DNA from: Candidatus Omnitrophota bacterium
GTDB taxonomy: Bacteria; Omnitrophota; Gorgyraeia; Gygaellales; Profunditerraquicolaceae
DNA length: 64,000 nucleotides
NCBI GenBank assembly: GCA_025453395.1
Contig: JALOQK010000002.1
Location: 410,509 to 474,508 of the forward strand
Reading direction: 5' to 3'
Positions 19,250 to 28,509 of this stretch are shown piece after piece (within the stretch, counting starts at the first letter, position 1; every line of letters starts with the position of its first letter). The notes under the pieces are model-generated. The model was not told the DNA's origin, did no database searches, and saw nothing but the letters and a program-made list of their open reading frames with translations. The position numbers were made by a program, and so were the translations under genes.

Positions 19250-19552
19250 CTAAAAACTATTCGCGGCGGATTTAATGACAATTCCTTCAGGCAAGGCCTT
19301 TTGAAGAAGAGAACAAAAATCTTCCGGGGAAACAACCTGACGCAGCATAACAGTTGCTTCTTCGTTTTCACTTTCTAAGCCTAATTTCAAAGCCCTCTTT
19401 AAACTTAGCTTTATATGCGGGCTATACCCCTCTGTCATTTTTAAAAGTAGCCCCGTTCGACGCAAACCCCTAGCGAACAGGCGCATAAGATCCAAATGCG
19501 AAATATATTTAAGCACCCCTTTCTTGGCAAATATAAAATTTATCTTAAACAT
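19250..19552 (-). CDS. radical SAM-linked protein (TIGR03936/DUF2344-like), short form
   Basis: FAKKGVLKYISHLDLMRLF.R..RR...TEGYSPH; position next to rng. Confidence 0.8.
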   Translation of the reverse strand: MFKINFIFAKKGVLKYISHLDLMRLFARGLRRTGLLLKMTEGYSPHIKLSLKRALKLGLESENEEATVMLRQVVSPEDFCSLLQKALPEGIVIKSAANSF

Positions 19553-19561
19553 AAATTAGGT

Positions 19562-21304
19562 TTATTGATTTACTGCCTTTTTCTTATTTAAAACTTTTTC
19601 TTTTCGCGCTGCCTGCCGTAGCGCCTTCTGCATTTCTTCCTGCTGTTGTTCTTTTTTCCCGTTCCATAATTCATCCTGGAGCTGGGCAATCTTTTCCGCC
19701 GGATAGTCCGCATCATCAATTACGCGCGCGGTAATAAAAATCAAGAGGTCCACTTTTCCGGTATCATTGGTTTCTCTCTGGAATAGCTTTCCTATAAAGG
19801 GAAGCTTGTTTAAAAAAGGAACCCCTATGGTTTCTTTGGACTTAACATCCTTGAGAAGCCCGCCTATTACTACAGTTTCTCCGTTCTTAACCATAATCTG
19901 AGTCTGCGCTTCCCGAACATCGATAACGGGATAATTAACTGTACTCTGCCAATTACCGGAAATAGAAGTAGCAGAGACATTACTGGAAGAAGAAGTGATA
20001 CTGGGATGTATAAGCATATTTATATACCCAGCATCCCCCACCTGCGGGACTACATTAAGCCTGATGCCAATTTCCTGATAATAATCCAAGGTCTGGGTTT
20101 GGGTTGCGCCCTCGCCTGATGTCCCGGCAGTTACGGTGGAACTTAAGATAGGCGTATGATACCCTACCAAAATAGAGGCCTCCTGATTATCCAGTGTCAT
20201 AATCCGGGGGCTAGACAAAGTATTGGTGGCGGCATCATCTTCTAAGGCATGCACGATAAGTTGAAACTCTGTTCCGGTTAACTTCTTAAAAATAACATCA
20301 AGCCCCGCGGAATAAGGATTGCTAAGACTGGAAATTGTTGTAGACGGAGAAAAGATACTGGGAGTAAGGGTCGCCGCGGAACTTCTTCCGGCAATAGTCA
20401 TAGAATTTTTAGCATTTACATCTACCTCTCCCGGAGAAGCAGAACTAGCGCCGGTGGTGCCCGTGCCCCAGTCAAGCCCTAAATCTTTAAGTTTGTCTTT
20501 TTGCACTTCCATAATCTTGGCCTCAATCAAAACCTGTTTTGGCTTATTGTCAATCTTGGCCAAGAATTCCCTGATATTATCAACCGAACTAGAGGTATCT
20601 GTAATAACAAGTGTTTTTGATTTGATAGACTGCGGCAGGTCAACTTTAGTCGGGATAATCCCTCCGGCAGCGTTACGCTCAACCGCGATAGTTTCCTGGC
20701 TTGTCCCTGCCTCGCCCTCACGCTTTAGGCCTTCGCCGCCAACTGTTTCACGGCCAATTTTAAATGAGCCGAATTGCCACCCCTTAGATCCTTTGGTATA
20801 AAAAATTGAGATCCTGCCCCTGGGAGACAACATCGGGATAAGCACCTTCTGCGCGTCTTGGGCATCAAGGTATTTTAAATTAAAGACCTCGGTCCTTAAT
20901 GGCTCATCAGCCTGAATCTTAGAAATATTTTCCAATTTTGTAACCAGAATTATATTGCCCTGCCTTTGATAGGCATAACCATAAGTCTTTAAGATTACAT
21001 CCAAGGCTTTTTCCCACGGCACATCCACCAGCCTAATGCTGATATTTCCGATAACATCAGGAGTAGAAACAATATTTGTGCCGGCTTTTAAAGCGATTAT
21101 CTTAAGCACATTATTGATATCCGCGTCGGTAAAATCCAACGTCACAAGTTCCGAGGTATCCAACGCCTTCTTTTCGATAGATTCCACTTGCAAAGGAGGG
21201 TTGCTTTGGGCAAACGAAAACCCAAACGGGTAAGAAGCTGCCAAGAAAAAAGCCATGGCTGCCCGCGACAAAGAACTTGCTTTGCACAATTTAAACTTTT
21301 TCAT
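19562..21304 (-). CDS. pilQ: type IV pilus secretin
   Basis: Signal peptide, VTLDFTDADI, LVDVPWEKALD, QVLIEAKI, GETVVIGGL, GVPFL..LP.IG.LF. Confidence 0.9.
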   Translation of the reverse strand: MKKFKLCKASSLSRAAMAFFLAASYPFGFSFAQSNPPLQVESIEKKALDTSELVTLDFTDADINNVLKIIALKAGTNIVSTPDVIGNISIRLVDVPWEKALDVILKTYGYAYQRQGNIILVTKLENISKIQADEPLRTEVFNLKYLDAQDAQKVLIPMLSPRGRISIFYTKGSKGWQFGSFKIGRETVGGEGLKREGEAGTSQETIAVERNAAGGIIPTKVDLPQSIKSKTLVITDTSSSVDNIREFLAKIDNKPKQVLIEAKIMEVQKDKLKDLGLDWGTGTTGASSASPGEVDVNAKNSMTIAGRSSAATLTPSIFSPSTTISSLSNPYSAGLDVIFKKLTGTEFQLIVHALEDDAATNTLSSPRIMTLDNQEASILVGYHTPILSSTVTAGTSGEGATQTQTLDYYQEIGIRLNVVPQVGDAGYINMLIHPSITSSSSNVSATSISGNWQSTVNYPVIDVREAQTQIMVKNGETVVIGGLLKDVKSKETIGVPFLNKLPFIGKLFQRETNDTGKVDLLIFITARVIDDADYPAEKIAQLQDELWNGKKEQQQEEMQKALRQAARKEKVLNKKKAVNQ

Positions 21305-21705
21305 TCTTCCCCCTTCTTATAGATAATTTCCGTGGTTTGCCCGTCTTTGATTAGGACAATTTTATCCTGCTCTATTTTTAAAACCTGATAATCTTCAACA
21401 AAATCGCCGATTTGCACAACCGCCCCTCCGATCAGAGCGTAAGAAACTCCTCTGGGGTCGTAGCTTATCCCCTCAAGGACAAAAATATCCTGTTGCTTCC
21501 TGCTGCCGTTTTGCTCTAAATTAACGAATTTCCCGTCCTTTGTCACAAGCGGAATAAAGGGATTACGCCTATCTTTAACAGGAGGCGTATTCGGTTTTTG
21601 CTCTGCAGGAATCGCGTTCTGTTTTTGTTCTTCGGCTAACACAGCTACAGAATAAAAAGCCAAAAAACAAAACAAACAAAAATATAAACCGATGTGTTTT
21701 CTCAT
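21301..21705 (-). CDS. PilP-like pilus assembly protein
   Basis: Signal peptide, RRNPF.P motif, LEGI...ALI; between pilO and pilQ. Confidence 0.7.
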   Translation of the reverse strand: MRKHIGLYFCLFCFLAFYSVAVLAEEQKQNAIPAEQKPNTPPVKDRRNPFIPLVTKDGKFVNLEQNGSRKQQDIFVLEGISYDPRGVSYALIGGAVVQIGDFVEDYQVLKIEQDKIVLIKDGQTTEIIYKKGEE

Positions 21706-21709
21706 AGTC

Positions 21710-22276
21710 CTAAATCTTTATATATGTCTTAAAGCTAAGTTTAATGTTTTGGATCAATGGCGTTGCCTCTACTGACTGGATTGATATATCATTGAGCCTT
21801 AAAAAGATATCCTTGCTCTCCATGTCCGAGAGAAAACGCATAAAATTATAATACGAGCCAAAAATATCCAGGCTTATCATTACCCCTAAAATAGTGCTTT
21901 TACTCTTTGGATTATAAGCTTCCCGGGAAGTGCGTATCTGCATAACCCGAAGCTGATATTTATTCGCCACGTCTGAAATATCTTTTAAAACAGCTGGTAC
22001 GTCTTCTTCAGTGATCAATCTTTGTGTTTTCTGGGGAGTTTGAGCTTTTTTCTTAAACTCCTGCATAAGTCTTATGTCCGCCTCCAGCTTCACAATGTCG
22101 GATTTAGCCTGACTTATCTTATTCTTTGCATCCGCGATTGACCTAAACTGCGCGGAAAGAAGAAATTGATAATCAACAACCAATATCACAAGGCAAATAA
22201 TCCCGATAAGCGCCAATTTCTGCATATCAGAATTTATGCGATTAAAATATTTCTCCGTTATATCCTTATATGTCAT
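21710..22276 (-). CDS. pilO: type IV pilus assembly protein PilO
   Basis: TM + coiled coil + GSYYNFMRFL; operon position. Confidence 0.8.
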   Translation of the reverse strand: MTYKDITEKYFNRINSDMQKLALIGIICLVILVVDYQFLLSAQFRSIADAKNKISQAKSDIVKLEADIRLMQEFKKKAQTPQKTQRLITEEDVPAVLKDISDVANKYQLRVMQIRTSREAYNPKSKSTILGVMISLDIFGSYYNFMRFLSDMESKDIFLRLNDISIQSVEATPLIQNIKLSFKTYIKI

Positions 22277-22836
22277 TTAAGTTTCCCTGAAATCGTAAAA
22301 TCCACGATATCATAACTGGATATTTGCCTGCGCTGCATAGCGCCAAGCTCAATATTCGTAAAAGCGCTCATAAAATCGGCGTCCTCTTTGATCTTTGTTA
22401 AAAATTCATTGATAAGAGAAACTTCATCCTTGTCCAGAGAAACAACCGAAGCCTTAAGGATAAATGTATCTTGCGAAACAGATATATCCGTAAACCATAC
22501 CCCGGATGGCAAACTTAACCCCAGACGGTCAAGCTTTCCCGCCCAAAGCGAGTATTTACCGGCTACCGCCTGAAGCGCATTTGTATCCATATTTTTTGAA
22601 TCAAATTCTTTCTTGAAGTCTTCATAAGATTTCCTGTCTTTTTCCAGCATCTTCCATTTATTCTGCAGGGTGAATAAATTCCCGCTTATAAAAATCTGCA
22701 CGCAAAAGAAAATAACGTGCACAAAAATAAGTATCCCGATGATAAGCGGGATTATATACAGAAAAGACTGGATATTAAGCAGGCTTTTCTTTCTATTAAG
22801 CTTTAATTCTTCCGGAAGCAAATCAATTTCTATCAT
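22273..22836 (-). CDS. pilN: type IV pilus assembly protein PilN
   Basis: MIEIDLLP N-terminal motif, TM, LPSGVWF. Confidence 0.85.
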   Translation of the reverse strand: MIEIDLLPEELKLNRKKSLLNIQSFLYIIPLIIGILIFVHVIFFCVQIFISGNLFTLQNKWKMLEKDRKSYEDFKKEFDSKNMDTNALQAVAGKYSLWAGKLDRLGLSLPSGVWFTDISVSQDTFILKASVVSLDKDEVSLINEFLTKIKEDADFMSAFTNIELGAMQRRQISSYDIVDFTISGKLK

Positions 22837-22840
22837 ATTT

Positions 22841-23875
22841 TTATCCGCGCAATGCCAAGCCTACTGCCACAGCCAATTGGCCAGACAAAGATTTTAACTT
22901 TTTTGCATCTAAACCGTCGGCAATAAGTATCCGCTTTAAAGGATCCCAGCCTGATATCTCAATATCCAACAAGCCCGATAACGATTGCGGCAACCCCTCT
23001 AATAAAGCGGTGCCGCCGCTTAAGAATATTTTTTCAACATTTAACGCGCTTTGGCTCTCATAGTAATCAAAAGAAACCCTGATTTCCGTGGCCAGGCTAG
23101 CCAAAACAGGCTCAACGGCAAGTTTTATCTGCTCTATCTTATCATCCGGCGGGGAAACTTTTATTTTTTCAGCAGATGAAAAATCAAGCGAAAGATTTTC
23201 TGCGATCCTATGGGTAAAATTATTCCCGGCAATGGAGATATCACGGCTTAATACAGGAACACCTTCCTCTAGTATGCTTAAGGTAGAATAAGACGCCCCG
23301 ATGTTTAAAAGGGCCACAGTCTTAGGAAGATTGCTTTTTTCTGCTTTAACCTCATTAAAAATAAAAGCGTTTACTACGGCCAAAGCATCGTGGTCCATAA
23401 AGCTTGGGATTAAATTATTCTCGGTGGCTAATTTTACGCGCTGGCTTGTATAATCTTTCTTGGAAGCCGCCACCGCCACAAACATATTGTTATTGGCAGT
23501 ATCATTTTTCAGTATCGCCGCGTCAAGATTTACCTCTTGCGCCGGAAACGGTATATACTTCTGGGCTTCAAATTTTATGGATTTACGCAATTCATCTTCG
23601 GTCATTTTGGGCAGGGTTACATAGCGCACCGTAGTAGATGAGCCGCAAAGAGAAAGATTAACGAATTTTGTATCATTAAAAAAATGAAAAATGGGTTTTA
23701 GGGTTTCCTGTGGGTCTGCTCTTACGGGAACATTATCAAAACCGCATAGCTCTAACAGATTATTCTTGAAAGAAAACTTTACCAGCTTAACGAAACTGGT
23801 TCCCGAGTCCAAACCAATAGATATTCGGGGCTTGATAAAAATTTTTTTTAAATCCAAGACATTAAGTTCTGCCAT
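22841..23875 (-). CDS. pilM: type IV pilus assembly protein PilM
   Basis: IGLDSG...VKLV, EAQKYIPFP, LNIGA, IFLSGG, AVAVGLALRG. Confidence 0.9.
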   Translation of the reverse strand: MAELNVLDLKKIFIKPRISIGLDSGTSFVKLVKFSFKNNLLELCGFDNVPVRADPQETLKPIFHFFNDTKFVNLSLCGSSTTVRYVTLPKMTEDELRKSIKFEAQKYIPFPAQEVNLDAAILKNDTANNNMFVAVAASKKDYTSQRVKLATENNLIPSFMDHDALAVVNAFIFNEVKAEKSNLPKTVALLNIGASYSTLSILEEGVPVLSRDISIAGNNFTHRIAENLSLDFSSAEKIKVSPPDDKIEQIKLAVEPVLASLATEIRVSFDYYESQSALNVEKIFLSGGTALLEGLPQSLSGLLDIEISGWDPLKRILIADGLDAKKLKSLSGQLAVAVGLALRG

Positions 23876-23889
23876 AAAGAATTAGGTGC

Positions 23890-24144
23890 TTAATTAACCA
23901 GCGGCCCCATAACAGGAGGTTCTTGAACAACGGCCTGGGAATCCGCATCTTTCTTTTTATCTTTATAGATAATCCGCTGCCTATTGGCAGGGACACTATT
24001 TTGCGTTTGCTCAATAACAGTTACATTTTTATTAGAAACTGGGGAGGATTTCTGGGGGCCTTGATTAAACCAACCTATTATCGCTACCGTTACTAAATAT
24101 ATAACCACAATTCCAGCCGCAAATATTATAATCTGCTTCTTCAA
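23890..24144 (-). CDS. small single-TM hypothetical protein
   Basis: AGGAGG SD before TTG start; N-terminal TM. Confidence 0.65.
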   Translation of the reverse strand: MKKQIIIFAAGIVVIYLVTVAIIGWFNQGPQKSSPVSNKNVTVIEQTQNSVPANRQRIIYKDKKKDADSQAVVQEPPVMGPLVN

Positions 24145-24220
24145 ACTTCCTCCTAAAGTATTTGATATAATATTATACTATATTTTAAAGGATTTGCTAC
24201 AACAATTTTCTAGCGTATTC

Positions 24221-24251
24221 TTTAATTTTGACTTTTGACTTTTTACTTTTA
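24221..24251. repeat. heptamer array (TTTGACT/TTTTACT)
   Basis: About 4 units starting at the stop of the PilX-like gene; shares the 18-mer ACTTTTGACTTTTTACTT with 35620-35637. Confidence 0.6.
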
Positions 24252-25964
24252 AATCCCCATGTCGTGCCATGTTAACCGGCTATCCAATTTCCCATCATCA
24301 AAAACCGCGAAATTGGTCATATACGGAAAATAGGGCGGGGTTGTGCCGTTCAACATGCGCGCGTCATAGATAAAATTCCTGCCATAGCCAGTCAACTGGC
24401 CTGAACCCTGGCTAAAGGTGCCGAATGCCCCATAGAAATCCGTAATTGTGCCGCCTAATAAGGTAACATTGCCGCGGGGAGAGCCCTTATTATAATCATC
24501 AACCGTAAATATCCCATTATGCGCCATGACTACCCCGTGCATCACTAAATTATTAGGCGCAGTCTTGGCGATAATCACATCCCCTCCCCAGGAAAGTATC
24601 CCTAAAACATTGTTATACCCGGTAGCATTTAAAGTAGGAGTAGTATTATAATTCTGGTAAGTAATATTATTGGTAATGTTGATGTCACGCTCGCTTGAAA
24701 CAGTAACCTTGGTATTGCCCTCTACTACCCCGGCAAGGCTGGCGATATCATCATTCACATAGATGAGCACGCCCTCATGGCTTACCCCATCGGGTATTCC
24801 GGTATAAACTTTAGTATTACTGCCGTCAACAACGGTTGTGGTATTGGCCGTATAATTCAAAGTAATTACCTTAGTGGTGCCGGAACGGGTAATAGTATAA
24901 ACCGGGCCGGCCGCTCCAACCGACATAACAATTGTAGGATTGTCATTGCTTTGCCCCTGGTTGCCCCGCACATAAATTCCTCCGGTAACCGCTGTGCCGT
25001 TATTGGGGACAAATATCCCGTTAGTATTATCAGGCATTCCGCCTAAGGCTTGAGTCTTAAGTTGGGTTTGAGTAATTGAAGGCGATAGATTAATTATCCC
25101 GAATCCCCGCGTAAATCCTGCATTAAAAATAGGCTTATCCCGCATGACATCCACGCCGGCAACCATAACCGAATTATAATCCGCGTCTTTTGATACGGGG
25201 TTTCCCAGATTATAAAACTGCGCCTTAGTCTGGTGTTGGGTAACTAATTCCGAGAAGGTAGCGCTGGGATCATTGGCAAAACTAAAACGGTCATTAGTAG
25301 AAACAGGCCCGTTGAAATTTGTATCCGCGGTAAACCAGACAGTTGTGCCTGAAGGAGTAGAGTGATGCGAAGTAAAAAGCGCGAATTTAGCGAAGTTATC
25401 GCGGCGGATGGTTATCTTAAATTCTCCTTCCGAAAGCATAACCTGCCTGGTAACTGACGGATTAGTATTTGTAATATTGCCTTGCGAAATAACAGAATAT
25501 TTATAAGGAAATTCAAATATATCCAGAGTAGCGTTAATAGTAGGCGCGCCATTAGCCTGGACTGAAATAACCGCGGAATAATTTCCTTGAATAATGCCGT
25601 CCAAAGAAGAATTCGCGATAGTTAAAGTCGCAACCCCGGAATTCACCGAGAAAGGCGTCCCGGCATTAGGATAGGCGAAAGCGGATAAAACCCCTAAAGG
25701 GTTTGTGGCATAAGCGCTAAAGGTTGACGAAGTAGTAACTTTTGCTATGCGGGAGTTTATATCAATTCGGATGCGCCGGCGCAATTCGCTTACGGCATGA
25801 TTTGCTCCAGCCTCGGCAAGGCTTAACGCCTGAATAGTATATAAATTCCTGTCCGCGGAGCGTTTCTCAGTAAAAACACCGCTAAAATAAGCTCCTACGA
25901 CAATAAGAAGCACCGCCATAACCATCAAAGAAACAGCTAAAACCATTCCTCTATTGTTATTCAT
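24249..25964 (-). CDS. PilX-like N-terminal protein with large beta-rich domain (DUF4900-like; possible pilus-tip protein)
   Basis: NNRG-MVL pilin-like helix without E5, ALSLAEAG, FNGPVSTN, GYGRNFIYDARM...PPYFP. Confidence 0.75.
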   Translation of the reverse strand: MNNNRGMVLAVSLMVMAVLLIVVGAYFSGVFTEKRSADRNLYTIQALSLAEAGANHAVSELRRRIRIDINSRIAKVTTSSTFSAYATNPLGVLSAFAYPNAGTPFSVNSGVATLTIANSSLDGIIQGNYSAVISVQANGAPTINATLDIFEFPYKYSVISQGNITNTNPSVTRQVMLSEGEFKITIRRDNFAKFALFTSHHSTPSGTTVWFTADTNFNGPVSTNDRFSFANDPSATFSELVTQHQTKAQFYNLGNPVSKDADYNSVMVAGVDVMRDKPIFNAGFTRGFGIINLSPSITQTQLKTQALGGMPDNTNGIFVPNNGTAVTGGIYVRGNQGQSNDNPTIVMSVGAAGPVYTITRSGTTKVITLNYTANTTTVVDGSNTKVYTGIPDGVSHEGVLIYVNDDIASLAGVVEGNTKVTVSSERDINITNNITYQNYNTTPTLNATGYNNVLGILSWGGDVIIAKTAPNNLVMHGVVMAHNGIFTVDDYNKGSPRGNVTLLGGTITDFYGAFGTFSQGSGQLTGYGRNFIYDARMLNGTTPPYFPYMTNFAVFDDGKLDSRLTWHDMGI

Positions 25965-25981
25965 CAGCCACCCCTCACTTT

Positions 25982-26584
25982 CTAAAACTCTCCCGCTGGA
26001 GGTTCAGATACGCTTACACTTGAATCAAGATTAGAATTGCGATTGCGTAAAGTAACTTCGGAATCTAAAGAAAAATCATTCTGGTTATGAGTAGTTACGC
26101 TTAACTTTACCACAGGACAAGTTACATCAACCGTAGTACAAGTATATGAAGTGCAATTTGCGCAGCCGCCGTTAAAACTTATGCTGGAAACGCCATTAGC
26201 CACGATTACCGCAGGGTTACTGCCTTCCTTTTTTAACAACCTGGTAGTATCCGTGGGGTCAAGCTTAAAAGTAATTTTATTCAACTGGGTTATTGCGCCT
26301 GAACCATTAAAAACAGGGGCGTAAAAATCAATCCTTTGGTTAGAATCGCTAATTACAGCAGAATAAGTAACGCCCCCTATCAGCCATTGAGCGTTAGCTT
26401 GGCGTAAAATACGGCCAACCTCATTGGTGAGTTTGCGCGCTTGAGCTTGAGAAGTTAAATTCCCCTGCTGGCGTTTCCAACTATTATTGGAATTCGTCAA
26501 CAACGCAAGAACCGCAGTAAATAAAACCAGAAATACCGCTAAAGAAATCACTAACTCAACCAAAGTAAAACTCTTCTTGTTCAT
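25982..26584 (-). CDS. prepilin-type minor pilin (PilW-like)
   Basis: MNKKS-FTLVELV; C-terminal EVTLRN; start moved to the ATG after an AGGAG SD. Confidence 0.8.
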   Translation of the reverse strand: MNKKSFTLVELVISLAVFLVLFTAVLALLTNSNNSWKRQQGNLTSQAQARKLTNEVGRILRQANAQWLIGGVTYSAVISDSNQRIDFYAPVFNGSGAITQLNKITFKLDPTDTTRLLKKEGSNPAVIVANGVSSISFNGGCANCTSYTCTTVDVTCPVVKLSVTTHNQNDFSLDSEVTLRNRNSNLDSSVSVSEPPAGEF

Positions 26585-26597
26585 TTCTCTCCTTGTG

Positions 26598-27047
26598 CTA
26601 CCTGGACACAAAAGTAATTATCTCAACCGGAGAATCTAAAAACCCGTTGCCATTAGTATCTTCGCTGGACTGCCACTGTCCGTCAAGATTAGTATCTTCT
26701 CCAATGATTCTTCCGCCCTTTGAAACAAAAGATACGGTAATTCTTACTTCTTTTAAATCCGCGTATTCTGTGGCAACAACCTCTACGGCTCCACGCGCGG
26801 TACCAGCTGGAAAACCCGCAACACTAAAACCATCCGTGTCAGTAACAACATTATTAAAATCCATATTCTTTAAGCTTTCCAACTGGGCTTGAGCAGCGTT
26901 ACTTGCCAAAGTGATCTGCCGGATTAAATCCCCCAAAGTCATAAAATTGACATAAAGTAAAAGCATGCCGCTTAAAACAAAGGCCAGCAAAAATCCGCTT
27001 AGCATAGTCTCAATTAAAGTAAATCCATTTTTATTCTTCAAGCGCAT
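26598..27047 (-). CDS. prepilin-type minor pilin (PilV-like)
   Basis: KNG-FTLIETM; GEDTNLDG...EDTNGNG acidic loops. Confidence 0.8.
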   Translation of the reverse strand: MRLKNKNGFTLIETMLSGFLLAFVLSGMLLLYVNFMTLGDLIRQITLASNAAQAQLESLKNMDFNNVVTDTDGFSVAGFPAGTARGAVEVVATEYADLKEVRITVSFVSKGGRIIGEDTNLDGQWQSSEDTNGNGFLDSPVEIITFVSR

Positions 27048-27056
27048 ACGCCCTCT

Positions 27057-27479
27057 TTATTTCCCAGCCTTAAAACAATTTTCCTGACTAAAAACTCCTG
27101 CCGTAGTAACTGCGTATTTTTTTCTACCGGTAAAATTACAGCGTGCCGGAGCACTAACACAACTATAGCCTGTAGGATCTGTGCGCGGGCATTCCAACAG
27201 ATACCCCCTAAGCGCGCCCTGCGCCGAATAATCTTTATCTAAATATGGCGGTTGTGCCTTTAAAAGCATATCCAAAGACTCTGGATAGGCGCCTAAATGG
27301 TCTTTGGCATAATTCTCCAGCGCCGCGGACACTAATTTTAAAGATGATAAAGCCTCTGATTCATTCTGAGTCAGCATCGACTCCAAAAACTGCCCGATAA
27401 AAATACGCAAGAAAAGAGCAATTACTGCCACAACTATCATTATTGCCACTAAACTTTGCGCTTTCTTATTATCCACCAT
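27057..27479 (-). CDS. pilin-like protein with atypical leader
   Basis: KKAQSLVAIMIVVAVIAL, NESEALSSLK..ALENY, YPESL, GY, Cys pairs. Confidence 0.7.
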   Translation of the reverse strand: MVDNKKAQSLVAIMIVVAVIALFLRIFIGQFLESMLTQNESEALSSLKLVSAALENYAKDHLGAYPESLDMLLKAQPPYLDKDYSAQGALRGYLLECPRTDPTGYSCVSAPARCNFTGRKKYAVTTAGVFSQENCFKAGK

Positions 27480-27492
27480 TATACCTTTCTTA

Positions 27493-27532
27493 GAAATAAG
27501 GCGAAGACACTTTATGTATCTTCGCCTATTTC
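27493..27532 (-). terminator. stem-loop after major pilin (terminator/attenuator)
   Basis: AGGCGAAGA...TCTTCGCCT followed by TATTTC. Confidence 0.6.
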
Positions 27533-27555
27533 GTATTACCTGAACAAACTAATTG

Positions 27556-28017
27556 CTATTGCCCTACCTGTGCAGCAGCGGTGGAACATACATCTCCAGT
27601 CGTAGCCACAGCACCAGCAGTAGAACCTCTCATAATCCCGGTGTGATCAATACAGAAATACCTGTTACCAGTTGTACCCGGAGTACTCGGATCAGCAGTC
27701 GCAGTAAAAGTATTGATAGCATCCGTTCCTGCTGTAACAGCATACACATATCCGTTCTTAGTTGTGCCGACAAAACCAGTAATAAAAGCTGGGTTTGCCC
27801 CTGTCAAAGCAGCAAGGTTTGGCGGATATACAGGAGAAACCTGTGCTGTACGATAGGTCTCTGCGGCTGTCGCCACTGCCCTTAAACCAGCAATAGCGTT
27901 TGATTCATTAGCAGTTAACCTAGTTCTTAACAAACCCGGTATAGCGATTGTTGCCAATAAGGCTATGATAGCGACAACAATCATGATTTCCACAAGCGTA
28001 AAACCTTTTCTGTTCAT
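27556..28017 (-). CDS. type IV major pilin (paralog 1)
   Basis: RKG-FTLVEIMIVVAIIALLATIAIP; C-terminal Cys pair; own promoter and downstream hairpin. Confidence 0.9.
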   Translation of the reverse strand: MNRKGFTLVEIMIVVAIIALLATIAIPGLLRTRLTANESNAIAGLRAVATAAETYRTAQVSPVYPPNLAALTGANPAFITGFVGTTKNGYVYAVTAGTDAINTFTATADPSTPGTTGNRYFCIDHTGIMRGSTAGAVATTGDVCSTAAAQVGQ

Positions 28018-28177
28018 GTGAAATCCCCCTTCCTAAGGTATAATTAACAACCTTTTTGTTTCGCGCTCTTTGGAAGGTAATCCCCTCTTTCCGGTTACTA
28101 TTCTTTACTATAATGATTTCTCTTATTGTAACCTTAAGAGCCAATTACCCTTAGCGCCCGTTGTCCACCTTAAAATA

Positions 28178-28205
28178 ATTATCTCACCCCCTTTCTTTTT
28201 GTCAA
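28178..28205 (-). promoter_or_regulatory. proximal sigma70-type promoter of pilin 1
   Basis: TTGACA-16bp-(TGn)GATAAT. Confidence 0.5.
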
Positions 28206-28247
28206 GTAAAAAATATGAAGCCCTTCCTATTCAAATCTTATGGCGGA

Positions 28248-28292
28248 ATCCCGACCCCTAACATTCACCTAATTCGGCTAGGGCGTCGGGAT
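28248..28292. repeat. REP-like palindrome
   Basis: ATCCCGAC-CCCTA...TAGGG-C-GTCGGGAT. Confidence 0.55.
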
Positions 28293-28328
28293 AAATAAAA
28301 ACGCCCTAAACACTTGATTTTAGGGCGC
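28293..28328 (-). terminator. intrinsic terminator of the riboswitch expression platform
   Basis: GCGCCCTAAA-atcaagtg-TTTAGGGCGT followed by TTTTATTT. Confidence 0.8.
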
Positions 28329-28351
28329 AAAATTATTTAAATATTTAAGCA

Positions 28352-28440
28352 CTTTTTTGGCAACGCAGCCCTCCGACTGTGGACATCGGAGCTGTCGCTT
28401 TGCGCCCTAACATTACTGTTAGTTTGCCCTTTTCAATAAG
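28352..28440 (-). ncRNA. cyclic di-GMP-I (GEMM) riboswitch aptamer
   Basis: AGGGCAAAC-TAACA-GTAA-TGTTAG-GGCGCAAAGC...P3 hairpin...CGTTGCCAA; P1 CTTATTG/CAAAAAAG. Confidence 0.85.
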
Positions 28441-28461
28441 GATGCTAAACCTCTTATTTAA

Positions 28462-28490
28462 AATATAGCACAAAAAAAGGCCATTTTCAA
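28462..28490 (-). promoter_or_regulatory. sigma70-type promoter driving the riboswitch leader
   Basis: TTGAAA-17bp-(TGn)TATATT, about 20 nt upstream of the aptamer. Confidence 0.65.
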
Positions 28491-28509
28491 AGAAATCTTT
28501 TAATGTTCC

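Noticed and set aside
28352-28440. c-AMP-GMP (GEMM-Ib) specificity
   Set aside because: The discriminating position reads G (AGGGCAAAC), not A
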